Positions 40,920 through 55,138 of a stretch of DNA of 64,000 bases are shown here, piece by piece. A program made the position numbers and the translations under genes. The notes beneath the pieces were generated by a model, which was given only the letters and a program-made list of their open reading frames with translations, searched no databases and had not been told where the DNA came from. Positions within the stretch are counted from its first letter, which is position 1. Each line of letters starts with the position of its first letter. The stretch is taken from the NCBI RefSeq assembly GCF_009914755.1, contig NC_060935.1; one strand, 5' to 3'. This stretch comes from the human T2T-CHM13v2.0 reference genome, Homo sapiens.

Positions 40920-43900
40920 TTCTCTTTTCATTCTCAAAAGTGTCTCAATTTGGGCAATAAATTAAATGGTGAACCAAACTATCACCTATCAGAGGCTGAG
41001 GCTGTCCTCCTATCCGTGCCCAGCATGTCACCGCCTTCCCAGTGCCACTAGCCTAGCTGAGATGCTGTCACCTCTTGCTGGCTCACTGAAAGTGCCTTTT
41101 CTCTGATGTCCATACTTGTGCCACTTACTTCCTATTCGTTCTGCGATCATGGCCTGATTAATTCTCTCAAAATACGGTACTCCGCTGCTCACCCTCTTGG
41201 TTCCTTATTTATGGGATACAAATCAAACATCTTAGTCTGGCACTTAAAACCCTTTAGAGCCCAGCTTCTGCTTTGGTCTCCCTCTTTTGGTTTCTCAGCA
41301 TGAAGTCTCATTTCCACTCTAATTGGTTGATACTCTGTCCCCCGACCCTGCCCTGTGATGGCCACCTGTGAACATTTGCTCTCGAGGGTCCACTTTCCTG
41401 GGCTCTCACTCTGGCCGTCACCACAGATGCAAATCCGTGCCTGCATCCTTCAAGCCCAGCAGGGATTCCCATCTTTTAAATACAGCGCTCTGTGACCAGC
41501 CCACCCCTCAGCACTCTCTCCTCCTCTGAACTCTTTGGCCTAGAGCAATTATTGTCTGCACAATTCATTTGGCATCTAATCATGTACTGCCTCATGACTT
41601 TTCATATATTGTTTCTTGAACTAGGGCTGGAATTATTTGCTGCAATTTCACTTTTTGTTTTCATATGCCTGTCTCCACAGTGAAACTGCAGGTTCCTGAG
41701 GACAGGAGCCGCATCTTTTTCATCTTTTCATTCCTTATGGCACCAAGTGCCTAGTAGGTATAACATAAATACTTTCCAGAAATTCTTAAGAGGTGTTCAT
41801 TTAGGAGTCTTGGGACTGGAAAGATCCTTATAATAACATAGCTTATACTCTTATTTTGTAGATAAACAACAATAAAAAAATGAAGAGACAAGAAGTCAAG
41901 AGACTTGCCCAAAGAGACCCAGCTAATGCAGATGGCAGAGGCAGGATTCAAGAACAGATCTTTTCATTCTAAGTCCAGGACACTCTCCAGTCACCACAGG
42001 CTACTGCCTGTGTGTTGATTTTATTTTGTGAGTGGGTTGCATTCATTTTCAAGGGTGTGTAGGAATTTAGAAAGCAGAATAAACCAAAGAGAGCAAGCCA
42101 GGAGTGGAGCACAGCCTCAGCAACGTCCAAGAGGTGCAAACTTGTGTGGCATAACTCTGGTGCCACAGCAATTAGGCCACCATAATTTCACTCTAAGAAA
42201 GTGGTGGGGGTGGCGGGTCAGGGAAGACCACAGTCCCATGATTTGGGGATTGAGCAGTAGACGTCACAGTGCAGTCACCTGCCAGTGCCTCCGGCGAGCA
42301 TCTCATCACTAGATTCCACTGTTGGGAAGTTGTGGTGGGGCGTGTGGTTGGGGTGGGGTGCATGTTTTGGGTGCGGTGTGGAGTGGAGGTGGCCAGCTCA
42401 GGAGGGCTGGATGAGGACATTGGAAATGCCTTCTCAGAGGTGGCCGGGACGTACTTGCTTTGGGTTGTGATGAAACCTGACTGCACTGGCGTTGAAAAGC
42501 GTCACTGGTAATGCTGTTATATATCCTTTTCAACTTTAATAAGGTGTTGCAAAAACTACAAAAATACATATAACTAAAACCACATTTCACCGGAAGCTTG
42601 ATCTCGAATCCCTTTCTACTGCTCCAGTGTGGTGCTTCGCGCTGTCAATAGAGCTGTTAAAACACAATGGAAAGTGGGTAATTGTGCATTACATGGCTTT
42701 TGTTTTCTGTGATGAAATATCGACATCTGAGCAGAGAGAGGGATTATTGTGGCACAGGGCACTGTGAAGAGATGTGAGGGGCAGGCTGGGGAATTGCGGC
42801 AGGGGGAGGGCTGAGGGCAGAGGTAGAGGGAGCAGGAATCTGGCTTCTATTCCAATTCCAGCAGGTCTCTCTGAGTCTCGCTTTTTCTCACCATAAACGT
42901 GGGGAAATTCATACATCTCACTGATGTGAGGAGGCTCTGAGCTGGTCACTAGGGTTGGCAGAAGGCTCCAGGGTCCCGGCAGAGCCGTGCAAAGCCAGGG
43001 CAGAGCTATGCACTCATTCACAGGCGCTGCGGCTAAAGAATGTGTCTGAAGGCAGCTTGGGAAGATAAGGGCAAATTAAGTCAGGAAACAGGCACTGCAA
43101 TTGTTTCCTGGGGAAAGCTGGGCCAGCGTCCATCCTGTGTCCTGCTGGCGGGAATTCATAAATGATGTCCTTTAACCTGACGCTGGGGGAGCCTGGCAGG
43201 AGCTAGGTCTGGGGAAGGTGGAGACCTACAAAAGTGCCTTCTGCTTAGAGCACACTTGTTCCTCCCACAAGTGATAACAACAATGAAATAGTAACAGCCA
43301 CCCTTTATTGAGTGTGGGGTGGCAGGTGCTTACATACATTTTCTTAATTCTTTCAGCAGCCCTGGAAGGGAGGTGTTTGCCCATTTTCTGGATGGGGAAC
43401 CCAGGCCAGGTGGGAGGACTGTCTGCCTTGTTCCCCAAGTCTCAGCCTCCCTGTTTCAGAGGCCACAGGGAGGAAAGGACATCTGGGTGGCACACAGGAA
43501 ATCACGGCCAGCCAGGTCGAGGGGGCTTGGTTTTGCTTTTTTGAGGGAAAGAAATCAAAAGAAGCTGGCAGGGAAACCAGCTGTGAGCTCTCAGTGAGCG
43601 AGGGGCTGTTTGCATGCAGGGAAGACTGCCCTGAGGTGACCTGAAGGCAGTCCTGGGGTCATCTGGGCAGTCCCTCGCCTCCACACAGGTGAACCACTTG
43701 CCGGGTGGGACCCTCAGGGTCACTTCTGTCAGCTGTGCAGCATTGTGGGCTCTGCCATTGAGTTTGAGGGACGACCTGTCTCGCTAGATAGATTACATTT
43801 GGTTTGCTCAGAAGGCATTTATAGCTTTATAAAGCTCTTAAATTGGCTCTTTTCCCCCTCAAAACATTTCTCCAAGCTTACAAGACCAGTTTTAGAATAG

Positions 43901-46578
43901 CAATTACCAGTTCCAATATCCCCCAGCAAACTCATGCTGTGCTGTTGTATATAAACTGCTTGGGACATTTGTAATGCTGCCACACAGTGTATCTGCGCGG
44001 CAGAAAGCCCCCTCTCTACCGAGGAATGCTGCAGAGGCCCTTTCTCGGCTCTAATTTATGGGCCACATAAAATTCTGTGAAGTTGCCCTGCATCTTTCTG
44101 AGGCAAAGTTGAGGTTTTTTACTGTTTCAAGCTGCTAATTTTTCCATTTAAAGCGAGCCTTCTGTCCGTGCCAGTGTGCATGTGTGCATACAAGTTGGCC
44201 GCTTTAATTTATGTGCCTCTTTCTCTCTGTGTAAGGCTATAACTTACAAATGTCTGCATGAAATACAGAGCCACTCTTCCTATTACAAGAGGCATGGATG
44301 CTTTGTCCCATGCGTGGGATAACCTGGACCCCACCCTGCCTCAAACCCAGGGACAAAGTAACCTCAGTGCAGAGAGGGGCATTGACCTAGGAACAGGAGT
44401 TGATGGGACTCATCATGTGAACCAAGACCCAGTGTCCTCACCAGTAAGACGTGGGGCTGGATGAGAGGCAGCACGGTTGGGGGCAGGCATAGGAGGTTCA
44501 GAGCAGGGGACAAGGATTTAAGGATGGAATGGAGCACATTCAAGAACTGCTGCCTTGGGCAAGCCATGTAAGCTTTCCAAGCCTCAGTTTCCCCATTTTC
44601 AGGATGGGGGTAGGGTTACAAATTTCTCCCCACAGTGTTGTGAGTACCAAGTGTGCTACTGACTGCAAAGGCCCTTCCTCAGCTAAGACAATATCGAAGG
44701 GCTGGTTGGGAGCTATTCCAAGCTCTGAGCTGCCGGCAGGGCCCCGTAGGAGGGGTAAAGACCAAGAGCAACGTGATGTCTTTGGGCTTTCCAAAGTCAA
44801 ACCTAGATGCCTTTGTGCGAGCCCTTCCTCCCTGGTCTCTGCTGAGCCCTGTGTGGAGAGCGGTTGCGTAGCACAGGGCAGGAGAGCTCTGCACATGCTT
44901 CTCCTTTTCCAGTAGGGCCCTCTGGGCTGGAGAGAGCAGTCATCCCTTGCTAAGAGCAGTTGGCATCCCCTTCCCCACCCCAGGCCGGCTCCCATTGCGG
45001 CCTTTCTTGAGAGCAATAATCCTCTCCTGGTCTTTGCTGATGCTTCTCATCAGAAGATAACACAGCGAGTCTTTTCAGGGTCTCCTGAGAACCTAGAAGA
45101 TATTGAGCAGGTGCTGGGGGATTCACAGGCAAGGAGGTTTGTAGCTCCCAGTCCCCCACCCCCACCCTGCTTCACAGGAGGGTCCTCACCCTGTGTCCTC
45201 ACAGCAGGACCCTTATAGCTGGGGAACTTGGCCCTCCTGCCCCCGAGTTGGGATCACACTGGCTGACAGAGAGGGGCACTCAGCCTCTCCTGGGGTTTTG
45301 GTGAGCCCCTCACTGCAGAGGACCCCAAAGGCCCACTCTTGCTTCAATGTCCCTTAGGCCTCATCCCTCCTTTTAAACTGCTTGCTGCTGCAGTGCTCCC
45401 ACTTGGATATTTTGCCACGAATGTAAAATGTCATGAGTTAAAACAGACTCATTCAACGCATTTTTAGTGATGGGAAAGATGCTGCCGTCCATTGAGCACC
45501 TACTATATGCCAGGCTGCAGGCAAGGTGCTGTGTATGCTCCAGCTAATTTAATTCTCACCACAAACCCTCCAGATAATAATAACTAACCTGTATGCAGCA
45601 CTTCCAACATGCCAGTCATGACTTTGAGCTCTTTATGTAGGTCCTACCTTCCTGACGCTCTTAGGAGGCGGGCTCTATTGTTATCCTCTTTTGTATTATG
45701 GACGGGAAAATGGAGGCATGGAACGCTTAAGGAACCCATCCAACATCACACAACCAGGAGTTTGGGAAGATGGGACTAGCACCCAGGGAGTCTGTTTCCA
45801 TGTCTGAACTCTTAACCACTCCACAAGAAACATGGCTTCTTCAAGGAGGGCATTCATTATGACCGTGTTTTAATTGTACCCCACCTAAACTTACCTTTAG
45901 ATATAAACACTGATTCTCAGCCTAGAAAGAAGCTGAGCCAGAATTTGAACCCAGGCTGGTCTGCTTCAAAGCATCTGGTCTTTCTGTTGTGCCTTTATCC
46001 TCTTGCTTACTCGTTCAAGACACGTGCTTTTCCTACCCTCAGTTCATAATCTTTTAAGTAAGTAGGTGATATTATAAAACGAAAAGTTTTTAGGAACATG
46101 AGGATGGCTTGGAGCTGGGAGGCCTGGGAAGCAGGAGGAGGGGTGAAGACTTTCAGCAGTCGGCAGTGAGTGGGGAGGCGGGGAGGTCTTGGGGACGGTC
46201 GAGGGTCCTGGTTTGTGTGGAGGCCAAAAGAGGAGAGGTTTGAGAGCTGTTCTGAAGAACCGAAAGAACTGGTGATGGAGTAGGTATTGGAAATCTGGTT
46301 CAGGGGGAAATCTACACCCTGAAGACTCGGTGAGCTGACACACTACTCATGAAAATGAGAGTGAAGTTCTTGTGGGGCAAGGGTCTCCTTTTTACAACAC
46401 TGAGTTTGAGATGCCAGGGAAATGGCCAGTGGGGCAGTCCCATCGGCAGATGGCAATGCCTGATAATTTCTCCAACTCCAACACTGGTTTTGAATGTCAG
46501 GGTTCTTAAAGTGTTTGTGCGATGGCCTCCTTGAGGATCTGATGAAATGATGAATTCTCTCCCAAGGAATATGTACAT

Positions 46579-46579
<1 letters not shown>

Positions 46580-46619
<40 letters not shown>
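46580..46619. repeat. (CA)n microsatellite, about 20 units
   Basis: Read directly. Confidence 0.95.
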
Positions 46620-46621
<2 letters not shown>

Positions 46622-47679
46622 TCATTGACAATATCCCAGACACAGAAACTCCAGGTTAAGGACACTGGGTTTACAGCCTCAGGCCGGTCCCCTCCCCCAC
46701 CACTTAGGTGGCCTCTGGGTCTGCTTGGGAAGCTGGGGAACCAGCATTCTGCATGGCTTGGCTCTGTCTTTAGGCATTGGGCATGGGGATCTGTGTCAAG
46801 ATCCTTAGAGGGGCGACTTTTGCACACAAAGCATGGAGCTGGCAACAGTACAGGTGGGATTTCCTCTTGGATCCTGAGCCTGCAGGATTGTCAGCATGGT
46901 CATTTTCCCAGAGCTTGTGTATTCCCGTGGCACCCGAGAAGGGGCTGTGAGGTCTGTGCATCTTTTCTCTCAGTCACTGACTCTTGTGCGTGCTGACTGT
47001 GTCGGGGCTGGGCTGCACATTTTGCTGGTTTCTCTAGGGCTCCCTGAGGCGTATAGCTTAGGATAGGGCCTGAAACAAGGCCTGAGCCCGGGACACCGTC
47101 TTCTGTTGAGCCCACTTTCTGTCCCCATACACCAGATCCCAAGTGGTTGGAAGCCTTTCCATCATGGGAGCTCCCAACATCCTCACCAAGAAGCTTCATG
47201 CTGTGTGTTGCTAACCAGACTTTTATGGGACAAGGGTGGAAGGGCCACTGTCACAGAGAGTGCTGGTATTCAGAGGCAGTGCAGGGGAGGAGGAAGATCT
47301 GAGAGCCATGAAGCCAAACCTGGGTCAAACCCTGCTCCAATTTCACCTGTGGCCTTGGGCAAGCTGCCTCACCTCTCTGGCCCTGAATTTCCTCATCATT
47401 AGAACAAAGGCATTGGACTCGATCATGTCCAATATCTCATCCTTGTTAATTTTCCATGATTCTAAGTATTGGTAGAGAACCACAGCTGTCCTGTAGTGGC
47501 TACAGGGAATGAAATATCCCTGATGATTAGTGAAGATAAAAGGGTCCTCTCCTCATGAGCAGGGACCCTGGTGCTTTATACTTTGAGAAGAGGCCTTTGT
47601 AGTAGTGCCTGGTATGCGGGTATGAAGAAGGTACTTCCCTGGGATCACTGGATTTTACCCTATTGGGTAAAGCCGTAAG

Positions 47680-47770
47680 CGATGTGGCTACTTAAATTTA
47701 AATGCATTAAATGAACTCACATCAGAAAGTCAGCTCCTCAGTCTCACTAGCCACATTTCACAGGGTCACC
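47680..47770. mobile_element. MER3/MER33-like hAT fragment
   Basis: atgtggctacttaaatttaa...ctcagtctcactagccacatttca. Confidence 0.6.
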
Positions 47771-49539
47771 ATCGCTGCAGAGAGTGCTGCTGCTGTTGGA
47801 GTCGGCCCCAGCCGGGACCCCTGCTTCTCTGAGGGGACAGAGATCTTGCTTAGTTGAGGCAGGTTGGTGTTTGGAGTAGTTGAGTGATGACTCTCATGGA
47901 TACCTTGGTCCTGTGTAATTCATTGCATCTGAGATGGGAGGGAGCTGACATTTCTTAATGAATTCAGCCACTGTGACCCTCAGAGTCATTTAATTACTGC
48001 CCAGGCTTAGGGGGTGGCTGAGCAGTGAACCCAGAGACTGCTGCTTGTGCCCCGGGACTGCCCACCCAGGTCCTCTCAGCCTCCCCACGAGGTCTTTGAA
48101 GCCAAGGATCAGGCCACCCCTACCCTGAGTGGGGATCTCTCTTTCTGAACTCCCACTTGCCTGGGGACCCACAGAAACCTATTATTCAGCCCAAGAGCTG
48201 CCTAAGAGAGGCTCTGCCCCGGTCTTCAGTAGGAGTCCTCAGCTGCCTGTCAAGGCTCTCCTGGGGCCTTAGCTGGGAGGGTCCCATTCTGGGGACCCCG
48301 TAACAACACAGGTCTGCCTCAAACCCCTTCCCTGCCCCAAAGCAGAGGAAAAACAACAACAACAACAACAAAAAAACACAGCTGAGGCTCTGGCAGGGCC
48401 ACCGTAGGGGTTAGCTGGAAAGTCCCCAAGGGGAAGACACACATCCCCCAGGGTCCTGGCTACGGCTGCCGGTGCAGAGCTGGTGGGACTCCTGGAATGG
48501 CGTCCTGGTGATCTCAGGGTGGGTCATCTCGGTATCTGCTCCACTCTGCCCTTCACACAGACGTGCTGCCGTCACCTCTTTGGGCCACAACTGCAGCCAG
48601 GGGTTGCAGATTAGAGACCCTAGGGAAGCTAATGGTCACTCCCTGCAAACCACACTAGCAGCATAATCCTTGTCCTTGCAGGACCAATGCAGGGAAGCAG
48701 CTGGGCTTTCAGGCAGCCCTCAGAGGCAAGGCCTTTGGTGGATAGAAGCTTGAAAAGGGCTGATGGTCCCTCGTCTGTGTTTCCCAGCAACACAGTCTGG
48801 GGTGGGCCTGGTAGCCCATCCTCTTGGGACTTGTTGGGGCTCTCACATCTACTGACCAGAAAAGAGAGCAGCAGAGGGATGAGTTGTGTCAGGAGCCCAG
48901 CATGGAATCCTCACATGGAGAAGTCAAATGTTCCACCATCATTTCTATAGCTGATTTTTCTCCCCCGAAGAAGACAAGGAATTTTGTGTCTAGATGGGTT
49001 GCTCCCATCCGCTTTTTGGATAGAAAGGCCAGAAGGCGAAGGTGGGGGTAGAGGGCGATACGACACCACACCCCATCAATCAGTTTCAGCCGCGGATCCC
49101 CTCTTTACCTGAGGGTAAGAAGGACGGTGCATGGGGACAATTTCTCCTTTTGAAACTTGCTTTCAGGTTCTCCTTCGATATCTTCATTCCCCTCCATGGT
49201 AGTGAGGTAATTTGAGTGTCTCACTATATTTTCCTTCAGTACAAGTGAATTTGGAAGACAGGCTTTTCACAGGGTAGTAAAATAATCAGTGCAGGCTCAT
49301 TCTTACGTACACTTCCTCGAGTTTCCGACCTGTGATAACAGGGGCCTGCTCTAAGACAATCGGTGGTCCCAACACTATAGATCTGATCTATGGGCCCCTC
49401 AGACACGGATGCCCTCCCTTATTGCCACCTGCTTCTCCTCTGATTTTTTGTTCTTTTGCAGATTCTACTCCCTCACCTCTCCCTCACCTCTCTCCTGATC
49501 CGCCTCCTCCTCCTCTTCCTTCTTCTTCTTCTTCTTCTT

Positions 49540-49836
49540 CTTTTTTTTTTTCTGAGACAGAGTATCACTCTTGTTTCCTAGGCTGGAGTGTGGTGGCACG
49601 ATCTTGGCTCACTGCAACCTCCACCTCCCAGGTTGAAGCTATTCTCCTGTCTCAGCCTCCTGTGTAGCTGGGGTTACAGATACCCACTACTATGCCTGGC
49701 TAATTTTTGCATTTTCAGTAGAGACAGGGTTTTGTCATGTTGGCCAGGCTGATCTCAAACTCCTAGCCTCAAGTTATCTGCCCTCCTCGGCCTCCCAAAG
49801 TGCTGGGATTCCTGGCTTGAGCCCCCACGCCCAGCC
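49540..49836 (-). mobile_element. AluS with adjacent (CCT)/(CTT) tail repeat
   Basis: Poly-T, gagacagag...gcaacctcc...cctcggcctcccaaagtgctggg...cccagcc. Confidence 0.9.
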
Positions 49837-50257
49837 TTCTTCCCTTTTTTTCTCCTCTTTGGTAGTTGATCTCACCTGTTGCCCCAGCCCAGCCCCAGGT
49901 GGCATGTTATTTCCCTTGTGCTCTGCTGACCAGCCCCAGTCCCTCTGAGAGCTCCCCAAGCTCCTAGACTGCTCTGAGGAGGTCAAAGAGCTTCAGTGAG
50001 GGGGAGAACGGCTGCTCCCACCATTGCCCAGGTACCCCCTTCTTGTGGCAAAACATTCCTCGGTTCTCACCTTCACTGAGGTCCAGGTGCTCCTGCCAGC
50101 CCCGCACATGCATTCAGTGCTAATTAAATATATTATCCATCTGAGAAAAACCAACTCAGGAAGTTAAATCAGTTATTGCAAAAGAAAACAGTGTGGCATA
50201 TTTCACTCTCCCAGGTCAGCAATGTGGGCTCCTGGGTTGCTTAAGATTTCCTGGGTT

Positions 50258-50577
50258 GGCCAGGTGCTGTGGCTCACACCTGTAATCCCAGTACTTTGGG
50301 AGGCCAAGGCCGGTGGATCACTTGAGGTCAGGGGTTCAAGACCAGCCTGGCCAACATGGTAAAACTCCATCTCTACTAAAAATACAAGGAAATTAGCCAG
50401 ATGTGGTGGCAGGTGCCTGTAATACCAGCTACTCAGGAGGCTGAGGCAGGAGAAATCACTTGAACCCAGGCGGTGGAGGTTGCGGTGAGCCGAGATTGCA
50501 CCACTTCACTCCAGCCTGAGTGACAAAGCAGAACTCTGTCTCAAAAATACAAAACAAACAAACAAAACAAAACAAAA
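50258..50577 (+). mobile_element. AluSx-like
   Basis: ggccaggtgctgtggctcacacctgtaatccca...gaggtcagg...ttcaagaccagcctggccaacatgg; (AAAAC)n tail. Confidence 0.92.
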
Positions 50578-53500
50578 CTTACTGGGTCTCTCGTTGCTAT
50601 GTGTATGGACTGGACGAGACAGGAGCAACATCCACTCATTGAATGAACCCTGGTCTTGCAGCCAGATCACCTCAGTCCATCACCCATGGCTCAGAAGCTT
50701 GGGCAGGTGTCTCCTGTCCTCTGTGATTCCACTTTCCCATCTATAGACAGTGACACCAGTGGCCTCTTAGGGCTGTCTGTGCTAAGAGCACCTTGTCTTG
50801 CCTTCAGTGTACAATGTCAGAGCCTGGCTGCTGGCCTTTCCCCCAGATGGTAACCGGAGCAGGGACCAGAGGGCCCCACTGCCAAAGCATTTTGTTCTCC
50901 ATGGTCACAGCCATTAGTCCCATGAAGAAATAAGGCAAAGGGATGAGCAGAGAGTCCCTCCCAAGGGTTAGAGGCAGGGGAGGGAGTAGAAAGGACCAGG
51001 CCAGCTTGATTTCCTCCCCCTACACCTTAACTTGTGCCTCCCCAACCTGCCCAATCTCACCGAATAGCAGCAGAATTCACCAAGTTTCTGCCGTCAAAAA
51101 CCTGGGCACTGGCTTTGACTTTGACCCTTCCCTCGTTTCCTCGTAGCCCAGTGATAGGTTCTGTGAATTCCACCTGTCATGTAAGGTGTGACTCTTGGCC
51201 CAACCATGGCTCTCCATGCACCATGCCGCCCCCTGAGCCCAAGTCTCTGCCACCGCTTGCCTGGCTCATTGCAGTGCCTCCCGCCGGTTCCCAACCTCCC
51301 CCTGGCCCTCCGTCTGTTCTCTACACTGAAGCCACAGCCGTCACCCATGCCCATGTTTCTCCTGCACCAAGGCCACCACAGTCTGCAGTCACGTATGTAT
51401 TTATGTGATGTGGAGTTTATTGTCTGACTTGCCCATGAGACGTGCTCCAGGAGGTCAAGGGCAGGGCCTGGGTTGACCGTCACTGCATCCCCAGTGCCCT
51501 TGATGAGGAACGGTTAAGCAACTGAGTGAATGACCCAGGCAGGGCCCTTGTTTCCTTGCTGTCTCTTGCTTCTTTTCCAAAGGGACTCCCCCTCTAGACC
51601 GTGTGATCCTCATGGGCAGGGGGTCTCTGCCTTTTGTACACTGCACATCGAGGGACTTGGTAAAGCTTTGGTGAATGAATCGTGAGTCTCTGAAGTAGAG
51701 AACTTGATGGGGATCCCTTAATGCAGACCACTGTCCTCAGATTCAGCCTGGGGCCACCTTCTCTGTGCCATCATTGCTCATTTTAGCTCCTTCTCACTGG
51801 TCTCCCAGGACCTTGGTTTCCATGAACCCTTTCTGACCTGAGAGCTTAGGCTGGGGCTGAACCCAGATTGCTGCTTGGTTATGGCCATTCTACCCCCAAG
51901 AGGAAGCGGGGTCTTCCTTTCCACTTTCCAGTGGGGTTTGGAAGCTAGAGGAGACATGCGGGAGCTCTGAGTGAAGCCCCCTCACTGCTGATGCCTAGAG
52001 CCTTTGGCCTGATGAGCTCTTCAGAACCTCTGTGACCTCTGGAACTGCATCCTTCCCAGATATTGCTTTCTTCCTTGGTAGAAAAAAAAAAAGCAGCCTC
52101 CCTCCAAAGTTCTGGGGACTTCCAGATGATATGGAAAATGTCCACAAGGAATGGCCACAGAAGAGCAGGTAAAGCCCTGGAGAGAGAGTCAAGGCTGGCT
52201 GGAGAAGGTGCCTGGTGCTGTGTGATTTGCTGCCTGTGTCCCTCTCCGAGCTGGAGTTTCCACCTGTGAAAGGAAGATTGCGCCACCTGTGCGGCTGCCA
52301 AGCTAAGGAGTATCTGACAGATTCACTGGAAGCAGGAAGTGTGCCAGCTGGAAAATGGTGATTTTTCATCCGACACCATCAGGAAAGCCCCAGACTTCAC
52401 CCCCTCCCTCTCTCCTGTTATTAATGGCCATGTGGATCAAATTCCTCAGCCTTACTTCCTTCAAGGTTTTCTTCCAGAGCCTTATCTCAGGCACTCCTGG
52501 CTCCTTTTAGTTTCTTTCCTGCTGGGTAGGCATTTCCCCCAAGAGCCCAGTGAGTTTAGCATCAGCCTAGGTTGGGGAAGAATGTGGGCTCGGCTGGGAG
52601 GCTGGGGGTCACGAGCTGCCTTGTGGCTGCTCCTTGGGGTCTGGTGGAGCCCCAGCCTCTGGCTGTGACATACAGCCCCCTTCATGAAGCCAGACAGAAT
52701 TAAGCCTTTTGTTTCCTGTTTGCTAGGCCGGCTTAAAGAAAACACAGAGGGTCCGTGCGGCTGGGACTCCCAACAAGACGGCCTTTGTATTCATTTAATT
52801 AATCAGTTAGCTGAGGGGAAGGAGAGGGGGAAAGTTCATGTTATAAATACATGTTTTTCTTTGGCTTCCCCTCCTGCAAAAGACACAGCCTGAATGGCAT
52901 CCCCAAGACAGCCCCCCATCTCGCTGCAGACATGCTGAGGGCCAGGGGCCAGCCAGGCTGCAGCTGGGACCCTCCTTGCCCCTTTGCTTGCCCTGCCCCC
53001 TGCACCCCTCACCAAGGGGCCTTATCCCTGATGGCTGTGTGTCCTGGGGGAATGTTAATGCTGATGGGGTGGGCAAGGAGTGGTGACCACTGGCTTCTAG
53101 AGCCCATCCTTCCTCTTTACCTCTCCCCTCAGACCCCATACCCTCCAGGGATGAGGTGGCTGCACTGCCATGTGGGTGAAGTGTCTGTCCCCAAAGAGGT
53201 CTGGGCAGTTGGCAGGTGCACCGTGGAGAAGAAGTCCAGGCACACAGAAGGGCTGAAACTGGCACCAAGGTGTCCAGGCCGACAGAGTGCTGAGCACTGG
53301 CAGGGGACACCGAGGGATGTCTGGCATCCTCCATCCCACCTTCCATTGGAGCCTTCTGGAGTGCAGGGGGAGGAGCCGTGGAATGTGCTCTTAGGGCTCT
53401 GGGGAGGCTGTGGGTTGGGGGGGAGGGGTGAGTGCTCTGGGACAGATAATTTCATCACCCCTTCAGGCTCCACAGAGCATTTTTAAAGCTTTGTTTGATT

Positions 53501-53839
53501 ATATTATTTAAACAATTATTTTTTTCTTTTTAGAGATGGGCAAATTAACTCACTATTCTCCCACCTTTCCTCTCTACCCCCAGCTGCCAGGTATTTTTAG
53601 AGTTTAAAAAACCTTTCATTATGAGGTAAAATATTTGCAGTCCCTGAATATATGGCCCTCAGAATAGAATTTCACCGTGGTAAGTTTTTCCTTATGTGCT
53701 CTTCATTTTAATTCTTATTGGAATCTCTGGTATCTGGGGACCATGGTGCTAGGCCTTCTGACTATGCTGCTCAGAAAATCCCCAGATCTAACCAAGAGGT
53801 ACAGAGTTCAGGCTAGGACCTCACCTCTGGCCTCTAAAT

Positions 53840-54100
53840 ATTTATTTATATGAGACAGGCTGGAGTGCAGTCAGCTGATCATGGCTCACTGCAGCCTCAA
53901 CCAGCTGGGTCCAAGCAATCCTCCCGCCTCAGACTCGCGAGTAGCTCAGACCACAAGTGCGCTAATTTAAAATTTTTTGGTAGAGACAAGACAAGGTCTC
54001 GCTATGTTGGCCAGGCTGGTCTTGAACTCCCGGGCTCAAGCGATCCTCCTGCCTGGCCTCCCAAGTATGGGGATTATAGGCATGAGCCACCATGCCTGAC
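53840..54100 (-). mobile_element. AluJ
   Basis: gatcatggctcactgcagcctc, ttgaactcccgggctcaagcgatcctcc; approximate TSD aatatttattta. Confidence 0.88.
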
Positions 54101-54974
54101 TTTGAATATTTATTTAACTTGCCTTGTCTGGACATCAGGACAATTACAAGTGGCTCCGCTTCCTTCCTGTAGGTCTCCCTTCCTTGGCCCTTCAGGGAAG
54201 GCGGCAGAGCCAGGCAATGGGCAGAGCTGTACAGTGTTCTTTGGGGACAGGACTGCAAGGCCTCAGTTTTTTCTCCCTCCTTGGAGGACATTCTTCCCCT
54301 CTCAACTACAGAAAGAGGTCCACAGTTTCAAACCACAAACCCAAATGTGCTCTCTCTAGGGGCTTTTGGGAGCAGAGTCAAGCCAGGCTGAGCCCTGGAT
54401 AGGGTGGTATTCCACTAGCCAACCAGCAAAATGCCTGGAGTCCTGGGTGCTTTGGGTCAGCAAACGATTCACTTTAACTCACTGCATGGCACCTGGAGAG
54501 TGTGTCCATGTGTGCCCATGTCCCCCGAAGCAATGGGTAAAACTCAGAGCTCCAGAATCTCTGTGTCATCTCTGGGGGAGTCTTGTGTTAGCTCATTCTT
54601 CCCAAGCTTCGTTTCCCCAAACCATGCTTCACTTTCACCATCTGAGTAGAGAGAAGTACAAGCCTCTGTGTCCCTCTGCTCAGAGGGTGGGGCACCTTTG
54701 TTTGGGCCTCCTGGAATTGCCTTCCCCAGAGACGTGTGGAGAGGGGGGAGGCAGGGAGAGAGGTTCGACCTAGAAAGCAAATTTCCTTCTCAGAGCTGTT
54801 TGAATGCCAGAGACACCAGAGCGGGAAAGAATCCCAGTGACCAGGTGAACAGGGTGAGAAGCAAAGGCCTGCTCCTTTCCTGGAAGAGGAAGTGTAGTTC
54901 ATGGCTTGGTGGCAAGTTGGGTAGCAGGGCCTTGGTTTTGGAGTTAAGTCTCCGGGGAGAAGGGGTGATTAAAG

Positions 54975-55138
54975 CTGTGTTTCTCAGATGTTAAGGTACA
55001 ATACAAAGGAGCCAGCTGGGCACCGTGTTAAGATGCAGATTCTGATTCAGCAGGTCTGTGTGGGGCTGAGATTCTGTGTTGAACAGGCTCCTGGTGACAT
55101 CAATGCTGCTGGTCCCTGGCCACACTGTGAGTGGCACA
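54975..55138. mobile_element. MER5A (hAT-Charlie)
   Basis: atgcagattctgattcagcaggtct...ctgagattctg...ggtgac...atgctgctggtcc...ccacact. Confidence 0.8.

Noticed and set aside
52807-53486. 179-211 aa overlapping ORFs
   Set aside because: No domain similarity, coding bias or convincing splice context; GC-rich intron sequence
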